From the NCBI GenBank assembly GCA_023140635.1, contig JAGLLG010000007.1, positions 1 through 32,095 on the forward strand: 32,095 nt of DNA. The letters run 5' to 3'. Source of the DNA: Candidatus Pacearchaeota archaeon (GTDB lineage Archaea > Nanobdellota > Nanobdellia > Pacearchaeales > GW2011-AR1). Shown piece by piece: positions 16,756 through 25,727 of this stretch. A program made the position numbers and the translations under genes. Positions within the stretch are counted from its first letter, which is position 1. Each line of letters begins with the position of its first letter. Under the pieces are notes generated by a model. It saw only the letters and a program-made list of their open reading frames with translations, had not been told where the DNA came from and ran no database searches.

Positions 16756-17537
16756 AAACAAAACTATTCGACAAAACAGGAAAGGAGAAAGGTTCTATAG
16801 ATTTACCAAAGAATTTTTCAGTTAGAATCCGAGAAGATATTTTATCGAGGGTGTTTGAAGCACAGAGAGGAATTTATACTCAGGCTTATGGTGCTAAGGA
16901 AGGTGCAGGTGCTCAATATTCTGCTTCAGGAATTATCAAAAAGAAGAGGCATGATTGGAAAGCTTCTTACGGTAAAGGTATTTCTCGAGTTCCTCGGAAG
17001 GTTATGTCGAGGCATGGTGCGAGCTTTAACTGGATTGGTGCAACGGTTTCAAATACTCGTGGTGGACGAAGACCTCATGCCCCTAGAAGCGAAAAGAATC
17101 CATTTAAAAAAGTCAATAAGAAGGAGCTTTTGATTGCATTTAATTCTGCATTAGCAGGCACTATCAACGCCAAGTTTTTGGAAAAAAAGTATGGACAAAA
17201 AGTTGAATCTGGGTTTGTCTTCAATGACGAAATCTTAAAGATCAAAACTAAAGATTTTATTGCATGCATGAAAAGTGTTTTTGGCGATGCTTTTAGTTAT
17301 GTTCTGAAGCACAAGTCTATTCGGGCAGGTATTGGAAAAATGAGGGGTAGAAAATATAAATCTAATGCAGGATTATTATTTGTTATTGGAAACGATGAGA
17401 AAATGAAACAAAAAGGTATTGAGATTGTGAATATGAAGGATTTAACGATTAAGGATTTATCTCCAAATGGAGAGCCGGGAAGGTTAGTTTGTTATACTGA
17501 AAAAGCTATTAGTGAAATTGGGGGAAGGTTCAAATGA
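16752..17537 (+). CDS. rpl4: 50S ribosomal protein L4
   Basis: GISRVPR, TRGGRRPHAP and IRAGIGKMRGRKY. Confidence 0.96.
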   Translation: MKTKLFDKTGKEKGSIDLPKNFSVRIREDILSRVFEAQRGIYTQAYGAKEGAGAQYSASGIIKKKRHDWKASYGKGISRVPRKVMSRHGASFNWIGATVSNTRGGRRPHAPRSEKNPFKKVNKKELLIAFNSALAGTINAKFLEKKYGQKVESGFVFNDEILKIKTKDFIACMKSVFGDAFSYVLKHKSIRAGIGKMRGRKYKSNAGLLFVIGNDEKMKQKGIEIVNMKDLTIKDLSPNGEPGRLVCYTEKAISEIGGRFK

Positions 17538-17731
17538 GGGAAGTAATGGGATTAGTTGAAGGGACTAGGGAATATCTTGCATCAGTGAGATTCCATGGTG
17601 AAAGGTTTGAAGGGACAAGAAAGTTTAGCTACTATGGACTCTGTGCATTAGCTTACCCTGTCACTGCAATAGTCGGTACTGGAGAATTTATTCTAAGTAG
17701 ATTAAAATCTGGAGGATTAGAGAGAAAATGA
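17534..17731 (+). CDS. Orphan 65-aa ORF inserted between rpl4 and rpl23
   Basis: ATGA overlaps at both ends and one hydrophobic stretch. No ribosomal-protein features. Confidence 0.65.
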   Translation: MREVMGLVEGTREYLASVRFHGERFEGTRKFSYYGLCALAYPVTAIVGTGEFILSRLKSGGLERK

Positions 17732-17982
17732 AAACAATAATTTTAGAAAAAATTAAGTCAACAGAAAAAATAGTTAGGCAGATTGAATCGGACAATATTT
17801 TAGTTTTCGTTGTAGACAGAGCTGTTACGAAGGCGGAGATTAAGAAAGAAGTAGAAACACTTTTCGATGTGAAAGTTACAAAGGTAAGAACACACACAAT
17901 GAAAAACAAGAAATTAGCTTATGTTAAATTAAACGCAGACTATCCTGCAGTGGATGTCGCGACTAAATTGGGGATGATGTAA
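17728..17982 (+). CDS. rpl23: 50S ribosomal protein L23
   Basis: TEK, NILVFVVD, KAEIKKEVETLFDVKV and AYVKL. Confidence 0.96.
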   Translation: MKTIILEKIKSTEKIVRQIESDNILVFVVDRAVTKAEIKKEVETLFDVKVTKVRTHTMKNKKLAYVKLNADYPAVDVATKLGMM

Positions 17983-17986
17983 TAAG

Positions 17987-18685
17987 ATGGGAAAAAGAAT
18001 TATTCAACAGCGTAGAGGAAGAGGCGGACATACTTACAGAGTTAGACAAAAAGCCGGGACTGTTAAACCAGGCTACCTTAGTGATATGAGTGGAGAATTT
18101 AAAGTTGTTAAATTAACTGCATCTCCAGGACATTCTATTCCAATTGCAAAACTCATGAATAAAGAAGGAAAGATCTTTGAAAATTTCGCCACGAACTTGT
18201 TATATGTGGGTCAGAATATTAAGATTGGTGGAAACAAACCAGGAGATATTGCAAGAATTGGAGATTTGAAAAATGGAGTTGAAATCTTTAATATTGAACA
18301 CAATTTTAAAGATGGTGGAAAATTTGTTAGAACTGGAGGAAATGCAGCGACGATTATGAATAAAGTAGGTAATATTGTTAAGGTTAGAATGCCGTCAAAA
18401 AAGGAAAAGAAATTTGACGTTAATTGTAGAGCAACTATCGGACGAGCTGCAGGTGATGGTAAAACTGATAAACCGATTTTAAAGGCAGGTAAAAAATTTT
18501 ATATAATGAAGTCCAAATCAAAATTATGGCCGAGAGTATCTGCGGTTAAGATGAATGCAATTGATCATCCATTCGGAAGTGGTCGAGGTAAAAGAGTAAA
18601 GAGTAAGATTGCTAAACGAAATGCGTCACCAGGTAAGAAGGTTGGTTTATTGAGGCCGAGCAGAACAGGGAGGAAGAAAAGATAA
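17987..18685 (+). CDS. rpl2: 50S ribosomal protein L2
   Basis: MGKRIIQQRRGRG and WPRVSAVKMNAIDHPFGSG. Confidence 0.97.
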   Translation: MGKRIIQQRRGRGGHTYRVRQKAGTVKPGYLSDMSGEFKVVKLTASPGHSIPIAKLMNKEGKIFENFATNLLYVGQNIKIGGNKPGDIARIGDLKNGVEIFNIEHNFKDGGKFVRTGGNAATIMNKVGNIVKVRMPSKKEKKFDVNCRATIGRAAGDGKTDKPILKAGKKFYIMKSKSKLWPRVSAVKMNAIDHPFGSGRGKRVKSKIAKRNASPGKKVGLLRPSRTGRKKR

Positions 18686-18686
18686 A

Positions 18687-19091
18687 ATGGCAGGAATATT
18701 AGTAAAGAAAAATAAGGATAGATTTTACCGAGGGAAGAATGTTGTGGAACTTAAAACCTTCAATACTCGAGAGTTCGCTAAATTAGTTAAGGCACGGGCT
18801 AGAAGATCTCTTTTAAGAAACTATGATGTCATAGAAGCATTCGTTAAGAGATGTGAAGAAAAGACTGCAAAAGATAAGGCTATTAAGACCCATAATAGGG
18901 CGTTAGTCATTGTTCCTCAATTGATTGGCAAAACTATTGGAATCTATAACGGAAAAGAATTCATTAAGGTTATAATTACTGAGGAGATGTTAGGTCACCG
19001 ATTAGGGGAGTTTTCATTAACAAGAAAAATAGCTAAACATACAAAGGTAGGTGTTGGGGCAACTAAGTCTACAACCTCTCAGGCAAAATAA
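18687..19091 (+). CDS. rps19: 30S ribosomal protein S19
   Basis: IKTHNR, IYNGKEF and EMLGHRLGEFSLTRK. Confidence 0.96.
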   Translation: MAGILVKKNKDRFYRGKNVVELKTFNTREFAKLVKARARRSLLRNYDVIEAFVKRCEEKTAKDKAIKTHNRALVIVPQLIGKTIGIYNGKEFIKVIITEEMLGHRLGEFSLTRKIAKHTKVGVGATKSTTSQAK

Positions 19092-19092
19092 A

Positions 19093-19632
19093 ATGGAAGT
19101 AAAAGAAACTAAAAAACAACTAGCAAAAACCACCGAAGAATCAAAGATAGAAAAATCTTCAGAAGTTAAAGAAGAAGTGAAGACTGAGGAAAAAGTTGAA
19201 AAGAAAAAAGTGGTAGAGGTTAAAGAAATAGTAAAGAAGGATGTTGCAGTTGCTAACGGTTTTTCTTTAAGGATATCTCCTAAGCAGTCAGTCTATATTT
19301 GTAAAGCCATTCGTGGAAAGACTCCTGAAATGGCGATTATGAGACTTAATGAAGTTATCAACGAGAAGCGAGCGATTCCTATGGCTGGATTAGAAGTAGG
19401 ACATAGAAAAGGAAAAGGTCTTGCTGGAGGCAGATTTCCAAAAAATGCATGTAAAGCAATAATCGAAATTGTGAAACAAGCCGGTGCTAATGCTATCGTT
19501 GCTGGTATCGAGGATCCTGTGATTACAATAGTTAAGTCAGACAGAGCTTCAGCACCATATCGAAGGGCTGGACGGAGAGCTAAAAGAACACATATCCATG
19601 TTGAGATAAGAAACAGGGAGGCGAAAAAATAA
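19093..19632 (+). CDS. rpl22: 50S ribosomal protein L22 with charged N-terminal extension
   Basis: ISPKQSVYICKAIRG, GRFPKNA and THIHVEI. Start corrected to ATG 19093. Confidence 0.94.
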   Translation: MEVKETKKQLAKTTEESKIEKSSEVKEEVKTEEKVEKKKVVEVKEIVKKDVAVANGFSLRISPKQSVYICKAIRGKTPEMAIMRLNEVINEKRAIPMAGLEVGHRKGKGLAGGRFPKNACKAIIEIVKQAGANAIVAGIEDPVITIVKSDRASAPYRRAGRRAKRTHIHVEIRNREAKK

Positions 19633-20318
19633 TGGAAGAAAAGAAGTTTGTAGAAGTTAGGAAAGATGAATATAATATTAAGCAGTTCGTAAAGAGGATG
19701 TTTGGAAAAGGAAAAATTTCAAAAGTTAGAATTGAATATACTCCTGTTGGTGAGAAGATTGTAGTCTCGACACATAAACCAGGATGGATTATCGGTAGAC
19801 GTGGAGAAAAAATCAATGAGTTAACAGGAATTTTAAAGAAGAAGTTTAAGATGGAGAATCCACATGTTGATATTGACGAAATTATGCATCCAGAATTTGA
19901 CGCTCAGTTAGTTGCCGACGATATTGCCCTTACACTAGAGAGATTTGGTGCAATGAAATATAAGGCATCAAGTTATCGAGCTCTTGGTAAAATTAAAAAT
20001 TCTGGAGCTTTAGGGGCAGAGTTAAGAGTTTCTGGAAAGCTACCTAGCGATAGGGCAAGATCCTGGAGATTCGCATTCGGTTATTTGAAAAAGACTGGAG
20101 ATGCTGCAAACGTCGTCGATAGAGCAGAGTCAGTTGCTCAGACCAAGCAAGGAATCGTAGGAATCAAAGTTGCAATATTAGCACCAGGAGTTAAAGTTTG
20201 TGACCAGATTAGCGTAGATGAAGACTTTATGAATGAGGTTAAAAAGAACGCGACTTTTGAAGAAGTTGAAGAAACCGTTAAGAAAATTAAAAAGAAAAGG
20301 AAGGTAACTAAAAAATAA
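19632..20318 (+). CDS. rps3: 30S ribosomal protein S3
   Basis: KH motif PGWIIGRRG, GALGAELRVSGKL and GIVGIKV. Confidence 0.97.
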   Translation: MEEKKFVEVRKDEYNIKQFVKRMFGKGKISKVRIEYTPVGEKIVVSTHKPGWIIGRRGEKINELTGILKKKFKMENPHVDIDEIMHPEFDAQLVADDIALTLERFGAMKYKASSYRALGKIKNSGALGAELRVSGKLPSDRARSWRFAFGYLKKTGDAANVVDRAESVAQTKQGIVGIKVAILAPGVKVCDQISVDEDFMNEVKKNATFEEVEETVKKIKKKRKVTKK

Positions 20319-20506
20319 TGGCAGAACAAACAACTACTAAGAAAAGTGGCGTCGAGAATAAAAAGATTCCTGCAAGTACAAATAAAAAAATTATAGATTT
20401 GAAGATTGAACTTTTGAAAAATCCTACGAAAAGAGGAAGGATTAAAAAGGAAATTGCGAGGTTGTTAACAATGGAAAATTTAACTAAATCGGAGAAAAAA
20501 TTGTAA
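20318..20506 (+). CDS. rpl29: Divergent 50S ribosomal protein L29
   Basis: Canonical position after rps3. IKKEIARLLT matches the L29 C-terminal helix. Confidence 0.75.
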   Translation: MAEQTTTKKSGVENKKIPASTNKKIIDLKIELLKNPTKRGRIKKEIARLLTMENLTKSEKKL

Positions 20507-20507
20507 A

Positions 20508-20807
20508 GTGGAGATTTGCCCAAAGTGTGGATTACCGATTCCGGCTTGTGTTTGTAGCGAAATAGCTAAGACGCAACAACAGATTGATGTTCGAACTGAA
20601 AAGCGACGTTTCGGAAAAATTAACACGATAATAAGCGGTTTTGATGACGGTGTCAACATAAAAGATATCGCAAAGCAGCTCAAAATGAAAAGAGCTTGCG
20701 GAGGAACAGTGAAAAATAAAGTTATCGAATTACAAGGAAATCACCAAGGTCACATAAAACAGATTTTGATTCCGATGGGATTCAACGAGGAGCAAATTAA
20801 CGAATAA
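20508..20807 (+). CDS. Translation initiation factor aIF1 (SUI1)
   Basis: CPKCGLP..ACVC, KRRFGK and ACGGTVK..IELQGNH. GTG start. Confidence 0.95.
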   Translation: MEICPKCGLPIPACVCSEIAKTQQQIDVRTEKRRFGKINTIISGFDDGVNIKDIAKQLKMKRACGGTVKNKVIELQGNHQGHIKQILIPMGFNEEQINE

Positions 20808-20812
20808 ATAAA

Positions 20813-21160
20813 ATGGCAAATAAGAAAATACTAAAAGATGATGTAAAGGTTGAATGTAAAGATAGACTTTGTCCTACTCATGGAGATAGAAAGTTGAAGA
20901 TGAGGGGAAGAACTTTTGAAGGAGTTGTTGTTAAAAAATTACCTGGTCGTATCACAATTCAATTTGAAAGAATGTTAAAGTTATCTAAATATGAAAGGTA
21001 TGAAAAGCGAAAGACCAAGATTCATGCGAGACTACCTAATTGTATGAGCGATAATGTTGAGGTTGGAGATTTGATCCAAATTGCAGAGACTCGTCCAATT
21101 AGTAAGATGATCCATTTTGTTGTTTCAAAAGTAATTAAAACAAAGGAGAAAAAAGAATGA
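20813..21160 (+). CDS. rps17: 30S ribosomal protein S17
   Basis: C..CPTHG, RGRTFEGVV, KYERYEKR and ETRPISK. Confidence 0.96.
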   Translation: MANKKILKDDVKVECKDRLCPTHGDRKLKMRGRTFEGVVVKKLPGRITIQFERMLKLSKYERYEKRKTKIHARLPNCMSDNVEVGDLIQIAETRPISKMIHFVVSKVIKTKEKKE

Positions 21161-21558
21161 AAGCAATAAGCGGACGAGCAACGAAGAGCATGAACATTGG
21201 AAGTATGTTGGAAGCATGTGACAATAGTGGAGCAAGAATCTGCAAGATCGTTTCGATTAAACATGGGAAGACAAGCAAGGGTCGGCAAGGTTATGCAAAG
21301 ATTGGAGACTGGGTTAAGGTTTCAGTTCGAAAAGGCAACCCTCAGATGAAGGGTGAAGTTTTCGACGCTGTTCTTGTTAGACAAAGGAAACCATGGAGAA
21401 GGAATACAGGGGAGAGAATTTGTTTTAGTGATAATGCCGTAGCACTTTTGAAGGATGAGAAAGGCAATCCAAAAGGGACGCAGATTAAGGGCACAGTTGC
21501 TCGAGAAATTCAAGAAAGATGGAAGGAGGTCGCTAAAATAGCGAAGGCAATATATTAA
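21157..21558 (+). CDS. rpl14: 50S ribosomal protein L14
   Basis: CDNSGA, AVLVRQRK, FSDNAVAL and PKGTQIKG. Confidence 0.96.
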   Translation: MKAISGRATKSMNIGSMLEACDNSGARICKIVSIKHGKTSKGRQGYAKIGDWVKVSVRKGNPQMKGEVFDAVLVRQRKPWRRNTGERICFSDNAVALLKDEKGNPKGTQIKGTVAREIQERWKEVAKIAKAIY

Positions 21559-21559
21559 T

Positions 21560-22024
21560 ATGAAATCAGAATTTAGCAAAACATGGAATTCAAGTAAGCA
21601 ACCTAGGAAACAGATCAAGTTTAGAGCAAACGCACCAAACCATATTAAAAGAACATTTATGGGGGCAACATTGGACAAATCTCTTAGAGAGAAATATGGT
21701 AGAAGAAGTATCGAAGTTAGGAAAGGCGATGAAGTAAAAATTATGAGGGGCAATTTTAAAGGAAAGCAAGGTAAAGTTGGAGTTGTAGATATTAAGCGAA
21801 CCAGGATTCAAGTTGATGGTATCCAGAGAACAAAGAAGGGTGGAGAAAAATTAGAAACATGGTTCAATCCATCGAAGGTTAAGATCATTATACTAAATGT
21901 AGAAGACAAAAAGAGATTGAAATCAGGAAAGAATCCTGTTAAGACTGAAATTAAAGAAACTACAACTAAAAAAATACCTGCTAAAGTAGACAAAACCGTA
22001 ACTAAATCGAGGACAAAGAAATAA
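21560..22024 (+). CDS. rpl24: 50S ribosomal protein L24 with Lys/Thr-rich tail
   Basis: SSKQPRKQ and KOW motif VRKGDEVKIMRG. Confidence 0.96.
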   Translation: MKSEFSKTWNSSKQPRKQIKFRANAPNHIKRTFMGATLDKSLREKYGRRSIEVRKGDEVKIMRGNFKGKQGKVGVVDIKRTRIQVDGIQRTKKGGEKLETWFNPSKVKIIILNVEDKKRLKSGKNPVKTEIKETTTKKIPAKVDKTVTKSRTKK

Positions 22025-22025
22025 A

Positions 22026-22682
22026 ATGCACATAAAGAAAACCCAAATGCCTACAACATGGCCAATTCCACGGAAAGGAAAACGAAAGAGATTCGTAGCT
22101 GTGCCAAGTCACGCGACAAGTAAAGGTATATCTTTATTATTTTTGCTTAGGGATGTTTTGAAAATTGCTAAGACTAAGAAAGAAGCAAGGCATATGACTT
22201 TAAATGGAATGGTTAAGGTTAATAATAAAACTAGGAAGGACGTGAATTTTCCAGTACAGGTTTTTGATACAGTTAATCTTGAGAAGGCAAATTTGAATTA
22301 TAGATTAGAGATTGTCCATAAGAAATTTAGTTTAGTTAAAATTTCAGCTAAAGATGCAGAAAATAAGGTTATCAAGATTGTAGGAAAGAAGACTCTAGGA
22401 ATTAAAAAAGTTCAGATGAACCTAGACGACGGACAAAATATGATAACAAAAGAAAAATTCTCTGTTGGAGATTCGATAGTTTTGAATACTAAAGAAGACA
22501 AGATTGAAAAAATCCTCCCGTTAAAAGAAGGTGCTAATGTTGAAATTATTACAGGAAAACACGCAGGTGAAAAAGGCAAGCTTAGCGGATTTAAAGAATT
22601 GGTTCGAGGAAGAGATTATATTATTAAATTAGAGGATAAGACTGTGAGTTTACCTTACAAAACTATCTTGGTGATTGAATAA
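22026..22682 (+). CDS. rps4e: 30S ribosomal protein S4e
   Basis: HIKK..MPTTWPIPRK, LLRDVL and ITGKHAG. Confidence 0.95.
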   Translation: MHIKKTQMPTTWPIPRKGKRKRFVAVPSHATSKGISLLFLLRDVLKIAKTKKEARHMTLNGMVKVNNKTRKDVNFPVQVFDTVNLEKANLNYRLEIVHKKFSLVKISAKDAENKVIKIVGKKTLGIKKVQMNLDDGQNMITKEKFSVGDSIVLNTKEDKIEKILPLKEGANVEIITGKHAGEKGKLSGFKELVRGRDYIIKLEDKTVSLPYKTILVIE

Positions 22683-23215
22683 TGGAAAACAAGATGAAAG
22701 AAATTAGATTAGAGAAAGTAATCTTAAACATTGGCGGTGTAGCTGAAAAGCTAGACAAGGGAGTTATTTTACTTGAACATATTAGCGAAAGAAAAGCTAT
22801 CCGGGTTAAGGCAACTAAAAGAATCCCTACATGGAATGTTCGACCAGGATTAGAAGTTGGAACAAAAGTAACTCTTCGAGGCAAGGATGCAATTAAAATG
22901 GTTGAGAAATTACTTCCAGCGATTGATAACACATTAAAAGAAAAACAAATTCAGAACAATTGCTTTTCATTTGGAATTCATGAATATATTGAAATTCCAG
23001 GAATTAAGTATCTTCGAGAGGTTGGAATTATGGGATTCGAAGTTACTGTTGTTTTCTCAAGAGCAGGAAAAGCCGTTGAAAAGAAAAAAGTTAAACGAGG
23101 AAAGGCACGTAGATTAACTGTTACACGAGAAGAAATTGAAAATTATCTTATAACTAAATTTAATACGAACATTTTGCGAAAGCAAGAGAAGATTGTTGAA
23201 GATGACAGCGAGTGA
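22682..23215 (+). CDS. rpl5: 50S ribosomal protein L5
   Basis: LEKVILNIG, GTKVTLRG and FSFGIHEYIEIPG. Confidence 0.96.
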   Translation: MENKMKEIRLEKVILNIGGVAEKLDKGVILLEHISERKAIRVKATKRIPTWNVRPGLEVGTKVTLRGKDAIKMVEKLLPAIDNTLKEKQIQNNCFSFGIHEYIEIPGIKYLREVGIMGFEVTVVFSRAGKAVEKKKVKRGKARRLTVTREEIENYLITKFNTNILRKQEKIVEDDSE

Positions 23216-23432
23216 TTGGAGAAAAATAACTAAGCAGCTTAGGAGTAAACCAGCTGTGCTTAGAAAGTTTTTGAAGCATAACAAACCTAAAGCTCGAGAG
23301 TTTGGAGTAGCTGCTCAAAAGTGTGAAGTTTGTGGAAGACACGGCGCACATATATCATCTTATAATCTAAATTTGTGCCGACACTGTTTCAGAGAGTTGG
23401 CAGTTGAACTTGGTTTCAAAAAATACAGTTAG
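23202..23432 (+). CDS. rps14: 30S ribosomal protein S14 (Zn-binding, N-terminally extended)
   Basis: CEVCGR...LNLCRHCFRE..LGFKKY. ATG at 23202. Confidence 0.95.
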   Translation: MTASDWRKITKQLRSKPAVLRKFLKHNKPKAREFGVAAQKCEVCGRHGAHISSYNLNLCRHCFRELAVELGFKKYS

Positions 23433-23441
23433 GAGAATAAA

Positions 23442-23819
23442 ATGTCACAAGATATAGTATCAGATGGATTAAATCAAATTATGAATGCAGAAAGGATAGG
23501 AAAGCGAGAGCTTACAATTAAAAGATACTCCAAAGTTTTAATCAATCTCTTAAAAATGATGAATGAGAAAGGTCATGTAGAGTATGAAGTTAATGAAGAA
23601 GAAAAGACAGTCAAGGTTAAAATTATAAAACTGAATGAATGTAGGGCTATTAAACCAAGGTATTATGCCGGTGTTGATAGCATAGATAAATATCTTAGAA
23701 GGTTTTTGCCTTCAAGGAATTTTGGTAGTTTGGTTATTTCTACAAACAAAGGTTTAATGAGTCATAAAGAAGCTATCACAGATAAAATTGGAGGAAGCGT
23801 TATCGCTTATTTCTACTAA
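23442..23819 (+). CDS. rps8: 30S ribosomal protein S8
   Basis: AIKPRY, FLPSRNFG and ISTNKGLMSHKEA..IGG. Confidence 0.96.
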   Translation: MSQDIVSDGLNQIMNAERIGKRELTIKRYSKVLINLLKMMNEKGHVEYEVNEEEKTVKVKIIKLNECRAIKPRYYAGVDSIDKYLRRFLPSRNFGSLVISTNKGLMSHKEAITDKIGGSVIAYFY

Positions 23820-23820
23820 T

Positions 23821-24363
23821 ATGAATAAAGATTTATCAAGAGTTATAGAAATTCCAGAAGGAACTGAAGTTGTAATCAACGACAAGGAAGTTATTGTTAA
23901 AGGCAATGGTAACGAACTTATTAAAAAATTCGATAAGGGAAAAATTTCACTTATAGTTACAGATAACAAAATTACAATTTCGGCAAAAGGTGCAACTCGA
24001 AGGGAATCTAAGATGATTGGAACAATTTGGGCGAGTATTAATAACATGATCAAAGGAGTCGGAGAAAATTTTGTTTATACTCTTGAAATTTGCAATGTTC
24101 ATTTTCCTATGAATGTTAAAGTTGAAGGAGACCGAGTTATTATCAAATCTTTCATTGGTGAAACAGTGAATAGGATTGCAAAAATTTTGCCAAATGTTAA
24201 TGTAGATATCAAGGGGAGCCAGATAACTATTTCATCTTGCAATATAGAATCTGCCGGACAGACTGCAGCAAATTTAGAGAAGGCAACTAAGTTAACTGGA
24301 AGAGACCGAAGAATTTTTCAGGACGGAATATTTATTACAGAAAAACCTGGGAGGAAAATATAA
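23821..24363 (+). CDS. rpl6: 50S ribosomal protein L6
   Basis: IEIPEG, HFPMNV, AGQTAANLE and DRRIFQDGIFI. Start corrected to ATG 23821. Confidence 0.96.
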   Translation: MNKDLSRVIEIPEGTEVVINDKEVIVKGNGNELIKKFDKGKISLIVTDNKITISAKGATRRESKMIGTIWASINNMIKGVGENFVYTLEICNVHFPMNVKVEGDRVIIKSFIGETVNRIAKILPNVNVDIKGSQITISSCNIESAGQTAANLEKATKLTGRDRRIFQDGIFITEKPGRKI

Positions 24364-24779
24364 TGGCAGAGAAAAAGGAAGCAACAAAGAGAAGCAAACC
24401 GAAATTTTTGAGAAATGATTGGCATAAGAAAATTAGGTTAGGTAGAACTGTAAAGAAAAATAGGAAATGGAGAGGTGCTAAAGGTAGACATAATAAACTT
24501 AGATTGAATAGAAAAGGACATTCGCAGAGGCCAAAGATTGGTTGGGGTGCAGAAGTTAAAACTAAGGGTTTTGTTGATGGTATCGAGGCTGTTAGAGTTG
24601 AAACTTTGAAAGCATTAGAATCCCTAAAGAAGGATGTCGGAATTATCATCGGATCTGTAGGAAAGAAAAAGAAGGAAGCAATTATTGCGAAAGCAAACGA
24701 AAAGAAAATTAAAATTTTAAATAAATACCGAAAGGCTACACCACTTAGTGTACCTGCCAATACTGGAGCCAAAAAATGA
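24363..24779 (+). CDS. rpl32e: 50S ribosomal protein L32e
   Basis: KPKFLR, KWRGAKGRHNKLR, PKIGWG and IKILN. Confidence 0.94.
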   Translation: MAEKKEATKRSKPKFLRNDWHKKIRLGRTVKKNRKWRGAKGRHNKLRLNRKGHSQRPKIGWGAEVKTKGFVDGIEAVRVETLKALESLKKDVGIIIGSVGKKKKEAIIAKANEKKIKILNKYRKATPLSVPANTGAKK

Positions 24780-25180
24780 ATTTAGCAAAAAAGAAAGAAT
24801 TAGCCGCGAAAGTTTTGAAGGTAGGAAAGAATCGGATTGTTTTTATGAAGAATCATTTATCAGAGATTAAAGAAGCGATTACTCGGATGGATATTCAAGA
24901 TCTCCATAAATCTGGAGCTATCCAGATTAAGGAAGTATGTGGTAGAAAGAAGATTGTTAAGAGAAAAAATCGAAGACGAGGCGGGAAGATTAAGAATAAA
25001 ACTAATAATCGAAAAGCAGAATATGTAATAATTACTAGAAAATTACGGAAACTTGTTAGAGGGTTTGTTAGACTTGGTGTAATTGACAAGGATAAAAATC
25101 GAGAAATTAGAAGGCAGATTAGGAGCCGAAAGTTTAGAAGCAAAAGACACTTAAAGGAAAGTTTGGAGGAATTACAATAA
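24776..25180 (+). CDS. rpl19e: 50S ribosomal protein L19e
   Basis: LAAKVLKVGKNRI and AITRMDI. Confidence 0.94.
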   Translation: MNLAKKKELAAKVLKVGKNRIVFMKNHLSEIKEAITRMDIQDLHKSGAIQIKEVCGRKKIVKRKNRRRGGKIKNKTNNRKAEYVIITRKLRKLVRGFVRLGVIDKDKNREIRRQIRSRKFRSKRHLKESLEELQ

Positions 25181-25181
25181 T

Positions 25182-25727
25182 ATGGTATTAAAACAGAAGA
25201 TGAGCAAACGAACATTGAAGCGAAGGAGAAGAGAAAATAGAACAGATTATAAGACAAGGAGAACCTTGTTAACGTCAGGAATTCCTAGAATAGTTGTGCG
25301 AAGGACGAATAAATACTTTATTCTTCAGGCCGTTAAAAGCAAGGAAGCACAAGATAAAGTCACTGTTACAATTACCTCTAAAGAACTTTTAAAAAATGGA
25401 TGGGATGTTAAAATGGGTGGAAGTCTTAAGTCGATCCCAGCAGGATATCTAACAGGTTTGCTTCTAGCTAAGAAACTTAAAGGTGGAAAATATATCGTAG
25501 ATTTAGGGATGGCGCGAACAATTGCAGGTTCTCGAGTTTTCGCGGTTGTTAAAGGTTTAGTCGAAGGTGGTTTGGACATTTCAGCTAATGAAAAGGTTTT
25601 CCCGTCAGAAGAAAGGTTGAATGGAGAACACTTAAAGAGTGAGCTAAAAGATATGATTGCAAAAATCCGCCAAAATATATCTTCACCAAAATCTAAAAAG
25701 GAGGAGTTAAAGCAAAATGACAACTAA
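25182..25727 (+). CDS. rpl18: 50S ribosomal protein L18
   Basis: RRRRENRTDY, RIVVRRTNK and AGYLTGLL. Confidence 0.95.
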   Translation: MVLKQKMSKRTLKRRRRENRTDYKTRRTLLTSGIPRIVVRRTNKYFILQAVKSKEAQDKVTVTITSKELLKNGWDVKMGGSLKSIPAGYLTGLLLAKKLKGGKYIVDLGMARTIAGSRVFAVVKGLVEGGLDISANEKVFPSEERLNGEHLKSELKDMIAKIRQNISSPKSKKEELKQNDN

